Below, in pieces: positions 32,202 through 42,983 of a DNA stretch of 64,000 nucleotides (positions within the stretch are counted from its first letter, which is position 1; every line of letters starts with the position of its first letter). Source of the DNA: an uncultured Actinomycetes bacterium. GTDB taxonomy: Bacteria > Actinomycetota > Thermoleophilia > UBA2241. A program made the position numbers and the translations under genes. The stretch is taken from positions 192,001-256,000 of the forward strand of contig CAVYCN010000003.1 in the NCBI GenBank assembly GCA_963767005.1, in the 5' to 3' direction. Below the pieces are notes generated by a model. That model saw nothing but the letters and a program-made list of their open reading frames with translations. It was not told the DNA's origin and made no database searches.

Positions 32202-33749
32202 CTAGCTCTTGCGCAGCACCTGCGTGCCGGCCGGGGTGTCGCGCACCTCGAAACCGGCCGCCTCGATGCGCGCGCGCAGCTCGTCGGCCTGAGACCAGTC
32301 CTTGGCCGCCCGCGCGTGGTCGCGCAGCAGGCAGGCGTAGGTCGCGTCGGCGCAGGCCAGGCGCTCGTCGACGAGCTCGGCCATGTCGTCCCAGCGCTCC
32401 TCGGCGGCCAGGCGCGCGGCCGGCGGCAGCGGCACGACTTCGGTCACGCAGACTTCGCCGTCGGTGGCGGCCACGGGCACCGCGGCCGGCGCCTCGTCGG
32501 GCAGCGTGATGCAGAGGTCGTCGAGGCATTCGACGAGCAAGTCCTCGACGTCTTCGAGCACCGCCGGCTCGACGGCGTGACGGGCGTGATCGGCCGCGCT
32601 CACGTAGCGGAACAGCTCGCGGCCCAGGCCGAACAGCTCGCCGAGCGCGCCGGCCGTGTTCAGGTCGTCGTCCATGTGCTCGGCGAAGGCCTCGCGGGCG
32701 CGCGTGAGCGCCGCGGCGAGCTCGGCCGGGTCGTGCGTGTCGCCCTGACCCGGGTTGTCGGCGCGAAAGCCGGCCGTGCGCACCGCCTCGACGAGGCGGC
32801 CGTAGGCGGCCGCGGCCTCGTCGAGCTTCTCGAGCGAGAACTCGAGCGGGCTGCGGTAGTGCGTCGTCAGGAAGTAGGTGAGCACGACCGGCGCCGGGTA
32901 GCGGTCGAGCACCTCGCGCAGCAGGAAGATGTTGCCCACCGACTTGGCCATCTTCTCGCCGCTCGCGCGGATCATGCCGTTGTGCATCCAGATGCGGGCG
33001 AAGGGCATGCCGGCCGCCTCGGCCTGGGCGATCTCGTTCTCGTGGTGCGGGAAGATGAGGTCGCGCCCGCCGCCGTGGATGTCGAAGCCGGCGCCCAGAT
33101 AGCGCAGGCCCATCGCCGAGCACTCGATGTGCCAGCCGGGCCGGCCGAGGCCCCAGGGGCTCTCCCACAGGTGGTCGCGCTCACCGGGCTTGGCGGCCTT
33201 CCAGACGGCGAAGTCGAGCGGGTCCTCTTTGCCCGGCTCGGCTTCGACCCGGGCCTCCTCGCCGAGCTCGTCGATGCGCTGCTTGGAGAGCTTGCCGTAC
33301 TCGGGGAAGCTGCGCACCCGAAAGTAGACGCTGCCCTGCGCCTCGTAGGCGTGGCCGGCGGCGATGAGCTGGCAGACGAGGTCGACGATCTCGGGGATCG
33401 TCTCGCTGGCGAGCGGCTCGACGTCGGGCCGCGGCACGCCGAGCCGGTCGGTGTCGTCGACGTAGGCCTGGGCGTACTCGGCGGCGACGGCGATCGGCGA
33501 GCGCCCCTCGGCGTCGGCCTTGGCGTTGATCTTGTCGTTCACGTCGGTGACGTTCTCGACGAGCGTGACCGCGAAGCCGCGGGCGACGAGCCAGGAGCGC
33601 AGCACGGCGAAGACGACGTAGGGCCGGGCGTTGCCGACGTGGACGAGGTTGTAGACCGTGGGGCCGCACGCGTAGATGCCGACCTTGCCCTCGTCGCGCG
33701 GCACGAGCTCCTCTTTGCGCTGGGTGAGTGAGTTGAAGAGCCTGATCAC
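32202..33749 (-). CDS. cysS: Cysteine--tRNA ligase
   Basis: [30 protein letters not shown]; TAG stop. Confidence 0.96.
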   Translation of the reverse strand: MIRLFNSLTQRKEELVPRDEGKVGIYACGPTVYNLVHVGNARPYVVFAVLRSWLVARGFAVTLVENVTDVNDKINAKADAEGRSPIAVAAEYAQAYVDDTDRLGVPRPDVEPLASETIPEIVDLVCQLIAAGHAYEAQGSVYFRVRSFPEYGKLSKQRIDELGEEARVEAEPGKEDPLDFAVWKAAKPGERDHLWESPWGLGRPGWHIECSAMGLRYLGAGFDIHGGGRDLIFPHHENEIAQAEAAGMPFARIWMHNGMIRASGEKMAKSVGNIFLLREVLDRYPAPVVLTYFLTTHYRSPLEFSLEKLDEAAAAYGRLVEAVRTAGFRADNPGQGDTHDPAELAAALTRAREAFAEHMDDDLNTAGALGELFGLGRELFRYVSAADHARHAVEPAVLEDVEDLLVECLDDLCITLPDEAPAAVPVAATDGEVCVTEVVPLPPAARLAAEERWDDMAELVDERLACADATYACLLRDHARAAKDWSQADELRARIEAAGFEVRDTPAGTQVLRKS

Positions 33750-33761
33750 GGTCGGTCTCCT

Positions 33762-35183
33762 TTAAGTCGAGGCGGTCGCTGCGGCGAGACGCGCGAGCGT
33801 CTCGCCGCCGTCGATGGCGGCGAGGACGTAGTGCAGCTCGGGGCCGTGCTCGCGGCCGGTCAGGACCCGGCGCAGCGGCATGAGCAGGTCGCGCGGGGTC
33901 CAGCCCCGCTCCTTGCCCAGACGGCGATACTCGCCGAGCAGCTCGCGAGCGACGTCGGGCGCGAGCCAGGGCGCCGGCGCGGCGCGACGCAGCCCGGCGA
34001 AGAGCTCAAGCCGCTCGCCGGCGTCGGCGGCGATGCGCCGCGCCTCGGCGTCGAGCGCGGGCCGTTCGAGCACGGCGGCGGCGAGCTCGGGCACCTGACC
34101 GTAGCGCTCGAGCGACGGCTTGAAGGCGGCGGCGAGCGCGCGGACGGCCGGCGCCGGGGCGCCGGCCAGACGCTCGCCCACCAGGCGCTCGTGCTCGGCG
34201 TCGTCGAGCGTCATGATCCAGCGATGGTTCAGCCAGTCGAGCTTGGCCAGGTCGAACACGGCCGGGCTGGCCGCCAGCGCCGCGAGGTCGAAGTCGGCGA
34301 CGAGCCGCTCGAGGCCGAGGATCTCGTCGTCGCCGTGCGACCACGACAGCAGGGCCAGGTAGTTGACGACCGCCTGGGGCAGGTAGCCGAGCGCCCGGTA
34401 CTCGCCCACCGCGGTCGCGCCGTGGCGCTTGGAGAGCTTGCCGCCGTCCGGCGCGAGGATCATCGAGTGGTGGGCGTAGACCGGCGCCGGCGCGTCGGGC
34501 CACAGGCTGCGCCGCAGCAGCTCCTGGCGGGCGGTGTTGGTGAGGTGGTCGTCGCCGCGGATGACGTGGCTGATGGCCATCGCGCCGTCGTCGACGACCG
34601 CCGCGAAGTTGTAGCTCGGCATGCCGTCGGAGCGCAGGATGATGAAGTCGCCGATCGCGTCGCCACCGATGGTGATCGGCCCGCGGATGGCGTCGTCGAA
34701 GCGCACCTCGCCGGCCGGCACGGCAAAGCGCAGCGCGGCGCGCTCGCCGGCGGCCAGGCGGCGCTCGACCTCGCCCTTCTCGAGCGCGCGGCAGCGGCCA
34801 TCGTAGCGCGGCGGCCGGCCGCTCGCCAGGGCCGCCTCGCGCAGCGCGTCGAGACGCTCCTGGCTGCAGAGGCAGGGGTAGGCGAGGCCGGCGGCCAGCA
34901 GGTGATCGGCCGCAACCCGGTAGCCCGGTGCGCGCTCGGCCTGACGGTAGGGGCCGAACGGGCCGCCCACGTCGGGCCCCTCGTCCCAGCCCAAGCCGAG
35001 CCAGGCGAGGTCGTCGAGGATGGCTCGCTCGAAGCGCTCCTCTGAGCGCGCCGTGTCGGTGTCCTCGATGCGCACGACGAAGCGGCCGCCCCAGTGGCGC
35101 GCCATGAGGAAGTTGTAGAGCGCGGTCCGTGCGGTGCCGATATGAAGCGAGCCCGTGGGGCTCGGCGCGAAGCGGACTCTCAC
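33762..35183 (-). CDS. gltX: Glutamate--tRNA ligase
   Basis: RFAPSPTG, HIGT, RIEDTD, KLSKR; start uncertain (GTG 35183 or ATA 35201). Confidence 0.93.
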   Translation of the reverse strand: MRVRFAPSPTGSLHIGTARTALYNFLMARHWGGRFVVRIEDTDTARSEERFERAILDDLAWLGLGWDEGPDVGGPFGPYRQAERAPGYRVAADHLLAAGLAYPCLCSQERLDALREAALASGRPPRYDGRCRALEKGEVERRLAAGERAALRFAVPAGEVRFDDAIRGPITIGGDAIGDFIILRSDGMPSYNFAAVVDDGAMAISHVIRGDDHLTNTARQELLRRSLWPDAPAPVYAHHSMILAPDGGKLSKRHGATAVGEYRALGYLPQAVVNYLALLSWSHGDDEILGLERLVADFDLAALAASPAVFDLAKLDWLNHRWIMTLDDAEHERLVGERLAGAPAPAVRALAAAFKPSLERYGQVPELAAAVLERPALDAEARRIAADAGERLELFAGLRRAAPAPWLAPDVARELLGEYRRLGKERGWTPRDLLMPLRRVLTGREHGPELHYVLAAIDGGETLARLAAATAST

Positions 35184-35332
35184 CGTCTGGTCGAAGCTTA
35201 TCGTTCTGCCCCCGTGCTGGTCGGGACCACCGTATCCGAGTCTACCACCGCCTCCGTCCGGAGGGCGCGTACGGCGTGGCGGCCGGGAGCGCGTACGGTG
35301 CCGGCAGCCGGTGATACACTCAAGCGCTCGAG

Positions 35333-36841
35333 GTGACCAGCGCCCCACGGGAGCCCCGCATCGTGAGAAAGCAAGCGCAGACGAGCGGCCAGCAGGCGAC
35401 CCCCTACGTCGACGCCCTGCTCGCCTACCGCGCGCGCGGCTTCGTGCCCTTCCACACGCCCGGTCACAAGCTCGGCAAGGGCGCGCCCGACGTCATGCGC
35501 GAGGCCTTCGGCGAAGACCTGCTCGCGGTCGACGTCGCGATGGCCGGCGGGGTCGAGGACACGCGCGAGTCGACCGCCCTCGTGCGCGCCGCCGAGGACC
35601 TCGCCGCCGCGGCCTGGGGCGGCGAGCGCTGCTTCTTCTTGGTGAACGGCTCGACGAGCGGCGTCCACGCCCTGCTGCTGGCTCTCGCCGGGCCCGGCGA
35701 GAGCGTCATCCTGCCACGCAACGCGCACAAGTCCGTGCAGGCCGCCCTCATCTTCTCGGGCGCCGTGCCGCACTACGTCGAGCCGGTCATCGACCCGGTC
35801 TGGGGCATTCCCCTGAACGTGCCGGCCGAGGCCGTCGCGGCGACGGTCGCCGCCCACCCCGAGGCCCGGGCGGTGCTCGTCGTCTCGCCCTCGAGCAACG
35901 GCGTCTGCGCCGCCGTCGAGGCGATCGCCGCCTGCGCCCACGGCGCCGGCCTGCCGCTCGTCGTCGACCAAGCCTGGGGGCCGCACCTGCGCTTCTGCAG
36001 CCGCCTGCCGCTCGACGCCATGTCGGCCGGCGCCGACGCCATGGTGGCGAGCACGCACAAGCTGATCAGCGGCATCACGCAGTCGTCGGTCCTCGTCGCC
36101 GGGGGCGAGCGCGTCCGCCTGCACCGCCTCGAGAGCGTGATCAAGATGACCCAGAGTACGAGCCCGCAGGTGCTGATCTACGCCTCGATCGACGCCGCCC
36201 GGGCGCAGATGGCGACGCACGGCGAGGAGCTCTGGTCGCGGGCGGTCGACAACGCGGGCTGGCTGCGCGAGCGCCTGGCCGCGTTGCCCGGGGTGCGCGT
36301 ACTCGGCGAAGAGGTGCTCGAGCGCCCCGGCGTCGCCGACCTCGACCGCACACGCGTGACCGTGTCGGCCTGCGACCTCGGTCTGACCGGCTACGAGCTC
36401 GAGACGGCGCTGCGCGACGGCTACGGCATGGCCGTCGAGGCGGCCGACCCGCTCAACGTGCTGCTCAACGTCACCTACGGCGACTCGCGCGACGACGTCG
36501 CCGGCTTTCTCTCGGCCATGACCGACCTGGCCGCCAGGCGCCGCGACGCCGGCGCGGTGCGATGCGCGACGCCGCTCGCCGCCTGGCCGCGCTTTCCGCG
36601 CCAGGTCATGACCCCGCGTGACGCCTTCTTCGCGCCCTCCGAGGCCGTGCCGGTGGCGCAGGCAGTCGGCCGAGTGAGCGCCGAGCTCGTCGCCCCCTAC
36701 CCGCCGGGCATCCCCGTCGTGGCTCCCGGCGAGGAGGTCTCCGACGAGATCGCGGCGTACCTTGCCGAGGCCGCGACCCGCGGCATGCACGTGCACGGCC
36801 CCGAAGACCTCACCCTCGAGACGCTGCGCGTCGTGAGCTGA
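35333..36841 (+). CDS. Orn/Lys/Arg decarboxylase family PLP enzyme
   Basis: FHTPGHK, VNGST, RNAHKS, STHK, STSP, PYPPGIP. Confidence 0.9.
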   Translation: MTSAPREPRIVRKQAQTSGQQATPYVDALLAYRARGFVPFHTPGHKLGKGAPDVMREAFGEDLLAVDVAMAGGVEDTRESTALVRAAEDLAAAAWGGERCFFLVNGSTSGVHALLLALAGPGESVILPRNAHKSVQAALIFSGAVPHYVEPVIDPVWGIPLNVPAEAVAATVAAHPEARAVLVVSPSSNGVCAAVEAIAACAHGAGLPLVVDQAWGPHLRFCSRLPLDAMSAGADAMVASTHKLISGITQSSVLVAGGERVRLHRLESVIKMTQSTSPQVLIYASIDAARAQMATHGEELWSRAVDNAGWLRERLAALPGVRVLGEEVLERPGVADLDRTRVTVSACDLGLTGYELETALRDGYGMAVEAADPLNVLLNVTYGDSRDDVAGFLSAMTDLAARRRDAGAVRCATPLAAWPRFPRQVMTPRDAFFAPSEAVPVAQAVGRVSAELVAPYPPGIPVVAPGEEVSDEIAAYLAEAATRGMHVHGPEDLTLETLRVVS

Positions 36842-36852
36842 GGGGGCGCGAA

Positions 36853-37503
36853 GTGCGCCGCTCGTCTGGATCCGGCCGTCAAGCGCGGCGCGCCGCCCCG
36901 CCGGCCGGCGCGCCGACGACCGGGCCGCGCCCACGCCACGCGGCGCTTGCGACGGCCCTGGCCGGCGTCGCCCTGGCGGCCTGCCTCGTGCTGGGGGCCG
37001 GTTGCGGCGCCCACGCCGCGACCGGCCCCCAGCACTACCGCGACGCGACGTTCGGCGTGTCGCTCACGGTCGCCGGCCGCCTGCCGCAGTGGCGCACGAC
37101 CACGACCGGCGGCGCCTTCGAGGTGTCGTTCGTCGATCCGGCCGGCGCCGTGGCGCAAGGCCGCCACCTCGACGCGCTCACCCTGTCGCTCGTCGACACC
37201 GGCACCATGCCGACCGGCGCCACCCAGTTCGCGAGCGCGCTGCGCGGCCTGGGCACGGCGATGGTCGCCAAGCTCGGCACGCAGGCGCAGGCCGGCACGG
37301 CGAGCGACGTGGCGCTCAACGGCCTGTCCGGGGTCGTCGTGCCCTACGCCGCCACGGTCTCGGGCCGGCAGGTGGTGGGCTGGCTGTACCTGCTCGCCTC
37401 GTCGGGCCGCATCTACGCGATCACCGCGCAAGCCACGACCGACCGCTGGAGCTTCTACCGGCCGCTGTTCAGCCGGGCGATCGCCTCGTTCCGGGTGAGC
37501 TGA
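36853..37503 (+). CDS. Putative lipoprotein (PsbP-like fold possible)
   Basis: Hydrophobic stretch ending GAGC; C-terminal IASFRV; start uncertain. Confidence 0.55.
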   Translation: MRRSSGSGRQARRAAPPAGAPTTGPRPRHAALATALAGVALAACLVLGAGCGAHAATGPQHYRDATFGVSLTVAGRLPQWRTTTTGGAFEVSFVDPAGAVAQGRHLDALTLSLVDTGTMPTGATQFASALRGLGTAMVAKLGTQAQAGTASDVALNGLSGVVVPYAATVSGRQVVGWLYLLASSGRIYAITAQATTDRWSFYRPLFSRAIASFRVS

Positions 37504-37601
37504 CCGCGGCCGGCGTGCGCCGACGCCGCCGGCCGCGCCGACGCCGCCGGGCGCGCCGACGCGGCGGCGCAGGCAGCGCGCGAGTCGGCCCGACGGGACC
37601 C

Positions 37602-38126
37602 TCAGACCTTGATGCCCAGACCGCTCGCGGTGAAGAGGGGGTCGAGCCGCACGCCCTCGGCGGCGAAGGCCGCCGCGCCGCCCTGCTCGCGGTCGACCAC
37701 GCAGAGCACGCCGCGCACCTCGAGGCCCGCTTCGCGCAGCACGCGCACGGCCTGCAGGGCCGCGCCCCCCGACGTGACGATGTCCTCGACCACGACCACG
37801 CCCTGGCCGGCCTCGGCGCGGCCCTCGAGCAGGCGCTTGGTGCCATAGTCCTTCTCGGCCTTACGGACGATGACGAACGGCTTCTCGGCGACGAGCGAGA
37901 GGGCGGCGACCAGGGCGACGGCGCCGAGCTCGGGCCCCGCGAGCAGGTCGAACGGCCCGCAGGCGGGCAGGCGCTCGGCCAGTCCGGCGGCGAGGTCGCG
38001 CAGCAGGTCGGGACGCGTCTCGAACAGGTACTTGTCGAGGTAGTACCTGCTCCGCGCGCCCGAGCGCAGCACGAAGTCGCCCTCGAGGTAGCTGGCCGCA
38101 AGCAGCCGGTCGCCGAGCTCGCTCAC
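37602..38126 (-). CDS. pyrE: Orotate phosphoribosyltransferase
   Basis: FVLRSG, YYLDK, VRK..K.YG, VVEDIVTSG. Confidence 0.93.
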   Translation of the reverse strand: MSELGDRLLAASYLEGDFVLRSGARSRYYLDKYLFETRPDLLRDLAAGLAERLPACGPFDLLAGPELGAVALVAALSLVAEKPFVIVRKAEKDYGTKRLLEGRAEAGQGVVVVEDIVTSGGAALQAVRVLREAGLEVRGVLCVVDREQGGAAAFAAEGVRLDPLFTASGLGIKV

Positions 38127-38241
38127 GATGGTGCCCCCTGTCCGTCAACTAGACTGCGTCGTTGCCGCGCATGCTGGCGCGACTTCGTCGCGCCGCTCGC
38201 GGGCGCGCCGCGCTTGCCTGCCCCGTGCGAGGGCGGCGCCG

Positions 38242-39582
38242 TCAGGCGCCGCCGATCGACACCCCTTCGATCACGACCGAGGGCGTGAGGATGCTGCCGC
38301 TCGGCACCCAGCGGGCGTCGTCGCCCAGCGCCACGATGCTGCGCAGCATCGACACGATGTCGCCGGCCATGGTGACCTCGTGCACCGCCGCGCCCACGCG
38401 GCCGCCCTCGATCAGCAGGCCGCTGATGCCCACCGAGAACTCGCCCGAGACCGGGTTCGCGCCCGAGTGGATGCCGATGGCGTTGGTCACGAGCACGCCG
38501 TGGTCGATCGCGCCGATCAGGTCGGCGAGCGGCGTCGTGGGGCCCGACAGCACCAGGTTGGTCGTGCCCACGCCCGGCGTCGTCTGATACGAGCCGCGCA
38601 CGCCGTTGCCGGTCGACCGGCGACCCTCGCGATGCGCCGTCTTCACGTTGTAGAGAAAGCCCGACAGGACGCCGCCGGCAAGCAGCGGCGTGCGCCCGCA
38701 GGGCACACCCTCGCCGTCGAACGGCGCACTCGCCAGGCCGTCGGGGTGGATGCCGTCGTCGGTCAGGGTGACGACCGACCCGGCCACCTGCTCGCCGACC
38801 CGGCCGGCGAACAGCGACCGGCCCTTCTGCACGGCCTCGGCCGTGAGCGCGGCCGACAGCACACCGAAGAACGACGCCGACACGAACGGGTCGAGCACCA
38901 CCGTCGTCCTGGTCGTCTGTGCCTTGGTGGCGCCGAGCTGGCGCACCGCGCGCATGGCGGCCTCGGCGCCGCAGCCCGCCGGGTCGAGATCGGCCGGCTT
39001 GCGCGCCACGGTGAACGACAGGCCGGTCTCGATCTGCTCGTCCTGCTCGGCGAGCACGTAGGCGTAGGCGTAGCAGTGACCCTCGCGGTACTGGCCGCGC
39101 ACGCCGGTCGAGCTCGCGAGGAACACCTGCGCGTCGCCGTCGGCGTACACCGCCTCGTCGACCGACTTGACCCGCGGGTCGGCGTCGAGAGCGGCCCGCT
39201 CGGCGGCGAGGGCGAGCTCGATGCGCTGCTCGTCGGTCGCTTCGTCCAAGCCCGGGTCGAACACGTCGACGCGGGCCGGCTCGTCGCCCGGCTCGGGCAG
39301 CACCGCGTCGGGGTCGTGGTCGGCCACGCCGGCGTTGCCGAGCGCGGTCGCGACGACCTCGCCGAGCGACGCCTCGGACAGGTCGGAGGTGTAGGCGTAG
39401 CCGACCGAGCCGTCCTGGACGACGCGCAGGCCGAGGCCCTTGCGCCGCGCCGAGGTGAGCTCCTCGACGGCGCCGCGGAACACCTTGACGCGCCGTGACA
39501 CGCTCTGCTCGGCGTACACCTCGGCCGCGCGCGCGCCACGCGCCAGCGCGAGCTCGAGGAGCCTGTCGACGGCCTCGTTCAC
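38242..39582 (-). CDS. pmbA: TldD/PmbA family protein (PmbA/TldE-like)
   Basis: PFDGEG, STGNG, NPVSGEFS; GTGA overlap with the tldD stop. Confidence 0.85.
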   Translation of the reverse strand: MNEAVDRLLELALARGARAAEVYAEQSVSRRVKVFRGAVEELTSARRKGLGLRVVQDGSVGYAYTSDLSEASLGEVVATALGNAGVADHDPDAVLPEPGDEPARVDVFDPGLDEATDEQRIELALAAERAALDADPRVKSVDEAVYADGDAQVFLASSTGVRGQYREGHCYAYAYVLAEQDEQIETGLSFTVARKPADLDPAGCGAEAAMRAVRQLGATKAQTTRTTVVLDPFVSASFFGVLSAALTAEAVQKGRSLFAGRVGEQVAGSVVTLTDDGIHPDGLASAPFDGEGVPCGRTPLLAGGVLSGFLYNVKTAHREGRRSTGNGVRGSYQTTPGVGTTNLVLSGPTTPLADLIGAIDHGVLVTNAIGIHSGANPVSGEFSVGISGLLIEGGRVGAAVHEVTMAGDIVSMLRSIVALGDDARWVPSGSILTPSVVIEGVSIGGA

Positions 39583-40982
39583 GAGGCGGTGCCGCCCACC
39601 GTCATCGCGGCGATGCGCAGGGTCGCCTGGCCGGTGCCGACCGGCACGCTCTGGCCGTCCTTGCCGCAGATCCCCGACTTCACCTCGAAGTCGGCGCCGA
39701 TCATGTCGATGCTCTTGAGGATGTCGATGCCGCTCCCGACGAGCGTCGCGCCACGCAGTGGCGTCGTTACGCGGCCGTGCTCGATCAGGTAGCCCTCGGC
39801 CACGCCGAAGACGAAGTTGCCGCTCGCCGGCTCGACCTGGCCGCCGGCCAGCGTCTTTGCGTAGAAGCCGTGGTCGGTGGCGGCGATGATGTCGTCGGCG
39901 GTCGCCGCGCCGGCCGCGATGCAGGTCGTCGTCATGCGCGGGATCGGCACGTGGCGGAACGACTGCCGGCGGCCGTTGCCCGTCTGCGCCGCGCCGGCCT
40001 CGCGGGCACGCAGGCCGTCGTAGAGGAAGCCGGTCAGGCGACCCTCCTCGATCACGACCGTGTGTTGCGTGGGCGCGCCCTCGTCGTCGACCGCCGCCGA
40101 GCCCCATTCGCCGGGGATGCTCCCGTCGTCGAAGGCGCTGACGATCGGGGCGGCGACGACCTCGCCGATCCTGCCCTGGTAGATGCTCGAGCCCTTGGCG
40201 ATGCCGTCGGCCTCGAGGCCGTGGCCGCAGGCCTCGTGGAACAGCGTGCCGCCAAAACCGTTGCCCATGACGACGGCCATGGGGCCGGTCGGCGCCGGCC
40301 GGGCGTCGAGCATGGTGACCGCCTTGTGCGCGGCGGCGCGCGCCATGTCCTGGGCGATCGTCTCGTCGATGATCTCGAAGCCCAGGCTCTTGCCCAGGCT
40401 CTCGTAGCCGGTCTGGATCACGCCGTCGCGGCGCGCCACGGCGTTCACCGTAAAGCGCACGCGCGTGCGGTCGTCGGCGACGTAGGCGCCCAATGAGTTT
40501 GCGACCAGCACGCGCTGCCGGCTTTCGAGGTAGCCGGCCATGACCTGGACGACGGCGGGGCTCATAGCGCGGGCCGCCTCGTCGGCGGCCCGCAGCAGCC
40601 CCGCCTTGACGGCGGTCGCAACCGACGGCGGCGGCACCAGCACCGGCGCCGTCGGCAGGCTCGCTTGGACCGGACCGAGCTCGACGACGCGGCCGGCGCC
40701 GCCTCCGCCGCGCAGCGCGGCCGCGACGGCGTCGGCGGCGCGCTCGAGGTCGGCCTCGGAGATGTCGTCGGCGTAGGAGTAGTAGGTGCGGTCGCCGCTC
40801 GTCAGGCGCACGCCGAAGCCCGCCTCGCGGCCGCCGGCGGCGCGTTCGACGCGGGCGTCCTCGAGCGACAGGCCGAGCGAGCCGCGGTCCTCGACGAACA
40901 CCTCGGCGAAGTCGCCGCCGTGGCGCAGAGCGCGCCGAATCGTGGCGTCGAGCAGGTCCTTGGACAGGTCGTCGAGCTGCAT
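39579..40982 (-). CDS. tldD: TldD metalloprotease
   Basis: FHEACGHGLEAD, DDEG, GNGRRQ, PRM, CGKDGQ. Confidence 0.92.
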   Translation of the reverse strand: MQLDDLSKDLLDATIRRALRHGGDFAEVFVEDRGSLGLSLEDARVERAAGGREAGFGVRLTSGDRTYYSYADDISEADLERAADAVAAALRGGGGAGRVVELGPVQASLPTAPVLVPPPSVATAVKAGLLRAADEAARAMSPAVVQVMAGYLESRQRVLVANSLGAYVADDRTRVRFTVNAVARRDGVIQTGYESLGKSLGFEIIDETIAQDMARAAAHKAVTMLDARPAPTGPMAVVMGNGFGGTLFHEACGHGLEADGIAKGSSIYQGRIGEVVAAPIVSAFDDGSIPGEWGSAAVDDEGAPTQHTVVIEEGRLTGFLYDGLRAREAGAAQTGNGRRQSFRHVPIPRMTTTCIAAGAATADDIIAATDHGFYAKTLAGGQVEPASGNFVFGVAEGYLIEHGRVTTPLRGATLVGSGIDILKSIDMIGADFEVKSGICGKDGQSVPVGTGQATLRIAAMTVGGTAS

Positions 40983-41094
40983 CAGATGGTCATTCCCCGC
41001 AGGCGAGGGTCCCGTAAACGGAACGTACTGTACCACGCGCAGGAGGCACGGCGCGGCCGGGCGTCACGGCACCCGGGCCGGCGCTCCCGGAGGC

Positions 41095-41790
41095 TCACCC
41101 GAACAGGATGCGCAGCCGGCAGCGGTCGTCGCCGCGACTGATCGCCGACGAGGCCTCGAGGGCGGCGGCGCTGCCGGTCTCGGCGAGACGCCCGATGAAC
41201 CCTTCGAGGAAGGCGCGGTGCATGACGCACACGAGGTCGGGCTGGGCCGACGAGAGCTCCTTGAAGATGCAGTTGCGCACGTCGAGGGCCAGCACGTCGT
41301 CGTCCCAGCTCACCTGGGGCAGCATGCCGACCTCTTCGCCGACCTCGACGATGGCCGTGACGAGCTCGTCGCGGCCGCCGCGGCGAAAGTCGGGGTGGTC
41401 GGTGGCGTAGGCCACGGCCGCGTCGTCGCCCGCCACCCGGCACACGGCCGCCACCCGCTCGAGGTCGCCCGCCTCGGCGAGCGCCCTGAGCGCGAGGTCG
41501 GCGAGCACGTCGTAGCGGCGCGGCGGCAGCGACAGCGACGAGACCGTGTCGCTCAGCCGGTACAGCCGGGCCGGCCTGCCGCCCGAGCCGTCCTTGCGCA
41601 GCGCGGTCTCGAGCAGACCGGCCTGCTCGAGCTTGCCGAGGTGCATGCGCGCCACGTTGGGGTGCAGGCCGAACCGCTCGGCGACCTCGGCCACGGTCAC
41701 CTGGTCGTGCGGCCGTTCGACGATCGAGCGGTAGATGCCGTAGCGCGTGCCGTCGGCGAGGACGGCCGTGAGTCTCTGTTGGCGGTCCAC
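41095..41790 (-). CDS. ArsR/SufR-like HTH transcriptional regulator
   Basis: HPNVARMHL..L, GRPARLY, C-terminal NCIF/VCVMH/C ligands. Confidence 0.8.
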   Translation of the reverse strand: MDRQQRLTAVLADGTRYGIYRSIVERPHDQVTVAEVAERFGLHPNVARMHLGKLEQAGLLETALRKDGSGGRPARLYRLSDTVSSLSLPPRRYDVLADLALRALAEAGDLERVAAVCRVAGDDAAVAYATDHPDFRRGGRDELVTAIVEVGEEVGMLPQVSWDDDVLALDVRNCIFKELSSAQPDLVCVMHRAFLEGFIGRLAETGSAAALEASSAISRGDDRCRLRILFG

Positions 41791-42004
41791 GGGCCCCTTT
41801 CGTTTCGCCCTGCCATCGTACTGGAAACGGGTGGGGGTAACAACGGTGCCAACAGTGGGAACGCCGGCGACCGCCGGCCGACCCGCCGCTGGCCGTTGGG
41901 CCGCGCCCGCCCCATGAGCTAGACTGCCAGGGCGTCAGACCGGCCACGACGACCTCGGAGGAGCTCGCCATGATCCATCTCGCCCCGCGGCCCTCCGCGC
42001 AACG

Positions 42005-42853
42005 ATGAGCGTCCTGCACGCGATCATCCTCGGCATCGTCCAGGGCCTGACCGAGTTCCTGCCGATCTCGAGCTCGGGTCACCTGATCCTCGTGCCCTGG
42101 CTGCTCGGCTGGAATGTGTTCCACGGCAACGAGAACCTGAACAAGACATTCGATGTCGCCCTGCACCTGGGCACGTTCGTCGCGGCGATCGCCTACTTCC
42201 GCCGCGAGGTCGTGGTCATCGTGCGCGCCTGGCTGCGCAGCCTGGCGCGGCGCAGCGTGAAGACGCCCGACGAGCGCCTCGCCTGGCTGCTGCTCGTGAG
42301 CACCATCCCCGCCGGCCTGGTCGGCGTGGCCTTCGAGAGCTTCGTCGAAGACCGGCTCGGCAAGCCCTGGCTGATCTGCGTGATGCTGATCGTCTTCGGC
42401 CTCGTCATGCTGGCCGTCGACATCACGGCGCGGGCGAACAAGCACATGGACGACCTGCGCTTCGGCGGCGCCCTGGGGATCGGCGTCGCGCAGGCGATCG
42501 CCCTGTCGCCCGGAGTCTCGCGCTCGGGCATCACGATGGTCACCGGCCTGCTGCTCGGGCTCGACCGCGAGTCGGCCGCGCGCTACTCGTTCCTGCTGTC
42601 CGTGCCGGTGGTCGGCGGCGCCGCCGTGCTCAAGCTCGGCCAGCTCGCCGCCAACGGCATGCCACCGCACATGCTCACGCCCTTCGTGGCGGGCACGATC
42701 GCCGCCGCGATCAGCGGCCTGGCGGCCATCTGGTTCCTGCTCGACTACCTGCGCAAGCACACCTTTGCGATCTTCGTGGCCTACCGGCTGATCGTCGGCG
42801 TGGCCCTGCTCGTGGTCATTCTCGCCGGCCTGCGGCCCGCGACCGGCATCTAG
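42005..42853 (+). CDS. uppP: Undecaprenyl-diphosphate phosphatase
   Basis: QGLTEFLPISSSGHL, PGVSRSG; TAG stop. Confidence 0.95.
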   Translation: MSVLHAIILGIVQGLTEFLPISSSGHLILVPWLLGWNVFHGNENLNKTFDVALHLGTFVAAIAYFRREVVVIVRAWLRSLARRSVKTPDERLAWLLLVSTIPAGLVGVAFESFVEDRLGKPWLICVMLIVFGLVMLAVDITARANKHMDDLRFGGALGIGVAQAIALSPGVSRSGITMVTGLLLGLDRESAARYSFLLSVPVVGGAAVLKLGQLAANGMPPHMLTPFVAGTIAAAISGLAAIWFLLDYLRKHTFAIFVAYRLIVGVALLVVILAGLRPATGI

Positions 42854-42917
42854 CAGAAGGCGGGCGGCGAGGGGGCGGGCGGCTGCGCCGCTCGCCCCCT
42901 CGCCGCCCGCGACCGCT

Positions 42918-42926
42918 TGCTATACT
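42918..42926 (+). promoter_or_regulatory. Extended -10 promoter for the amidase-pylSc unit
   Basis: TGCTATACT. Confidence 0.55.
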
Positions 42927-42983
42927 TTGGCGGCCCGGCGGGCAGATAGCGCAAGCGCGTGACAGCGAAAGCGGCGACCCCTC

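Noticed and set aside
32157-32204. cysS TAG is in an open frame with rlmB (15 codons)
   Set aside because: Both genes are complete housekeeping genes with normal ends; consistent with chance
37517-37570. Three 18-bp GC-rich repeats between convergent genes
   Set aside because: Low complexity, no spacers and no cas genes; not CRISPR
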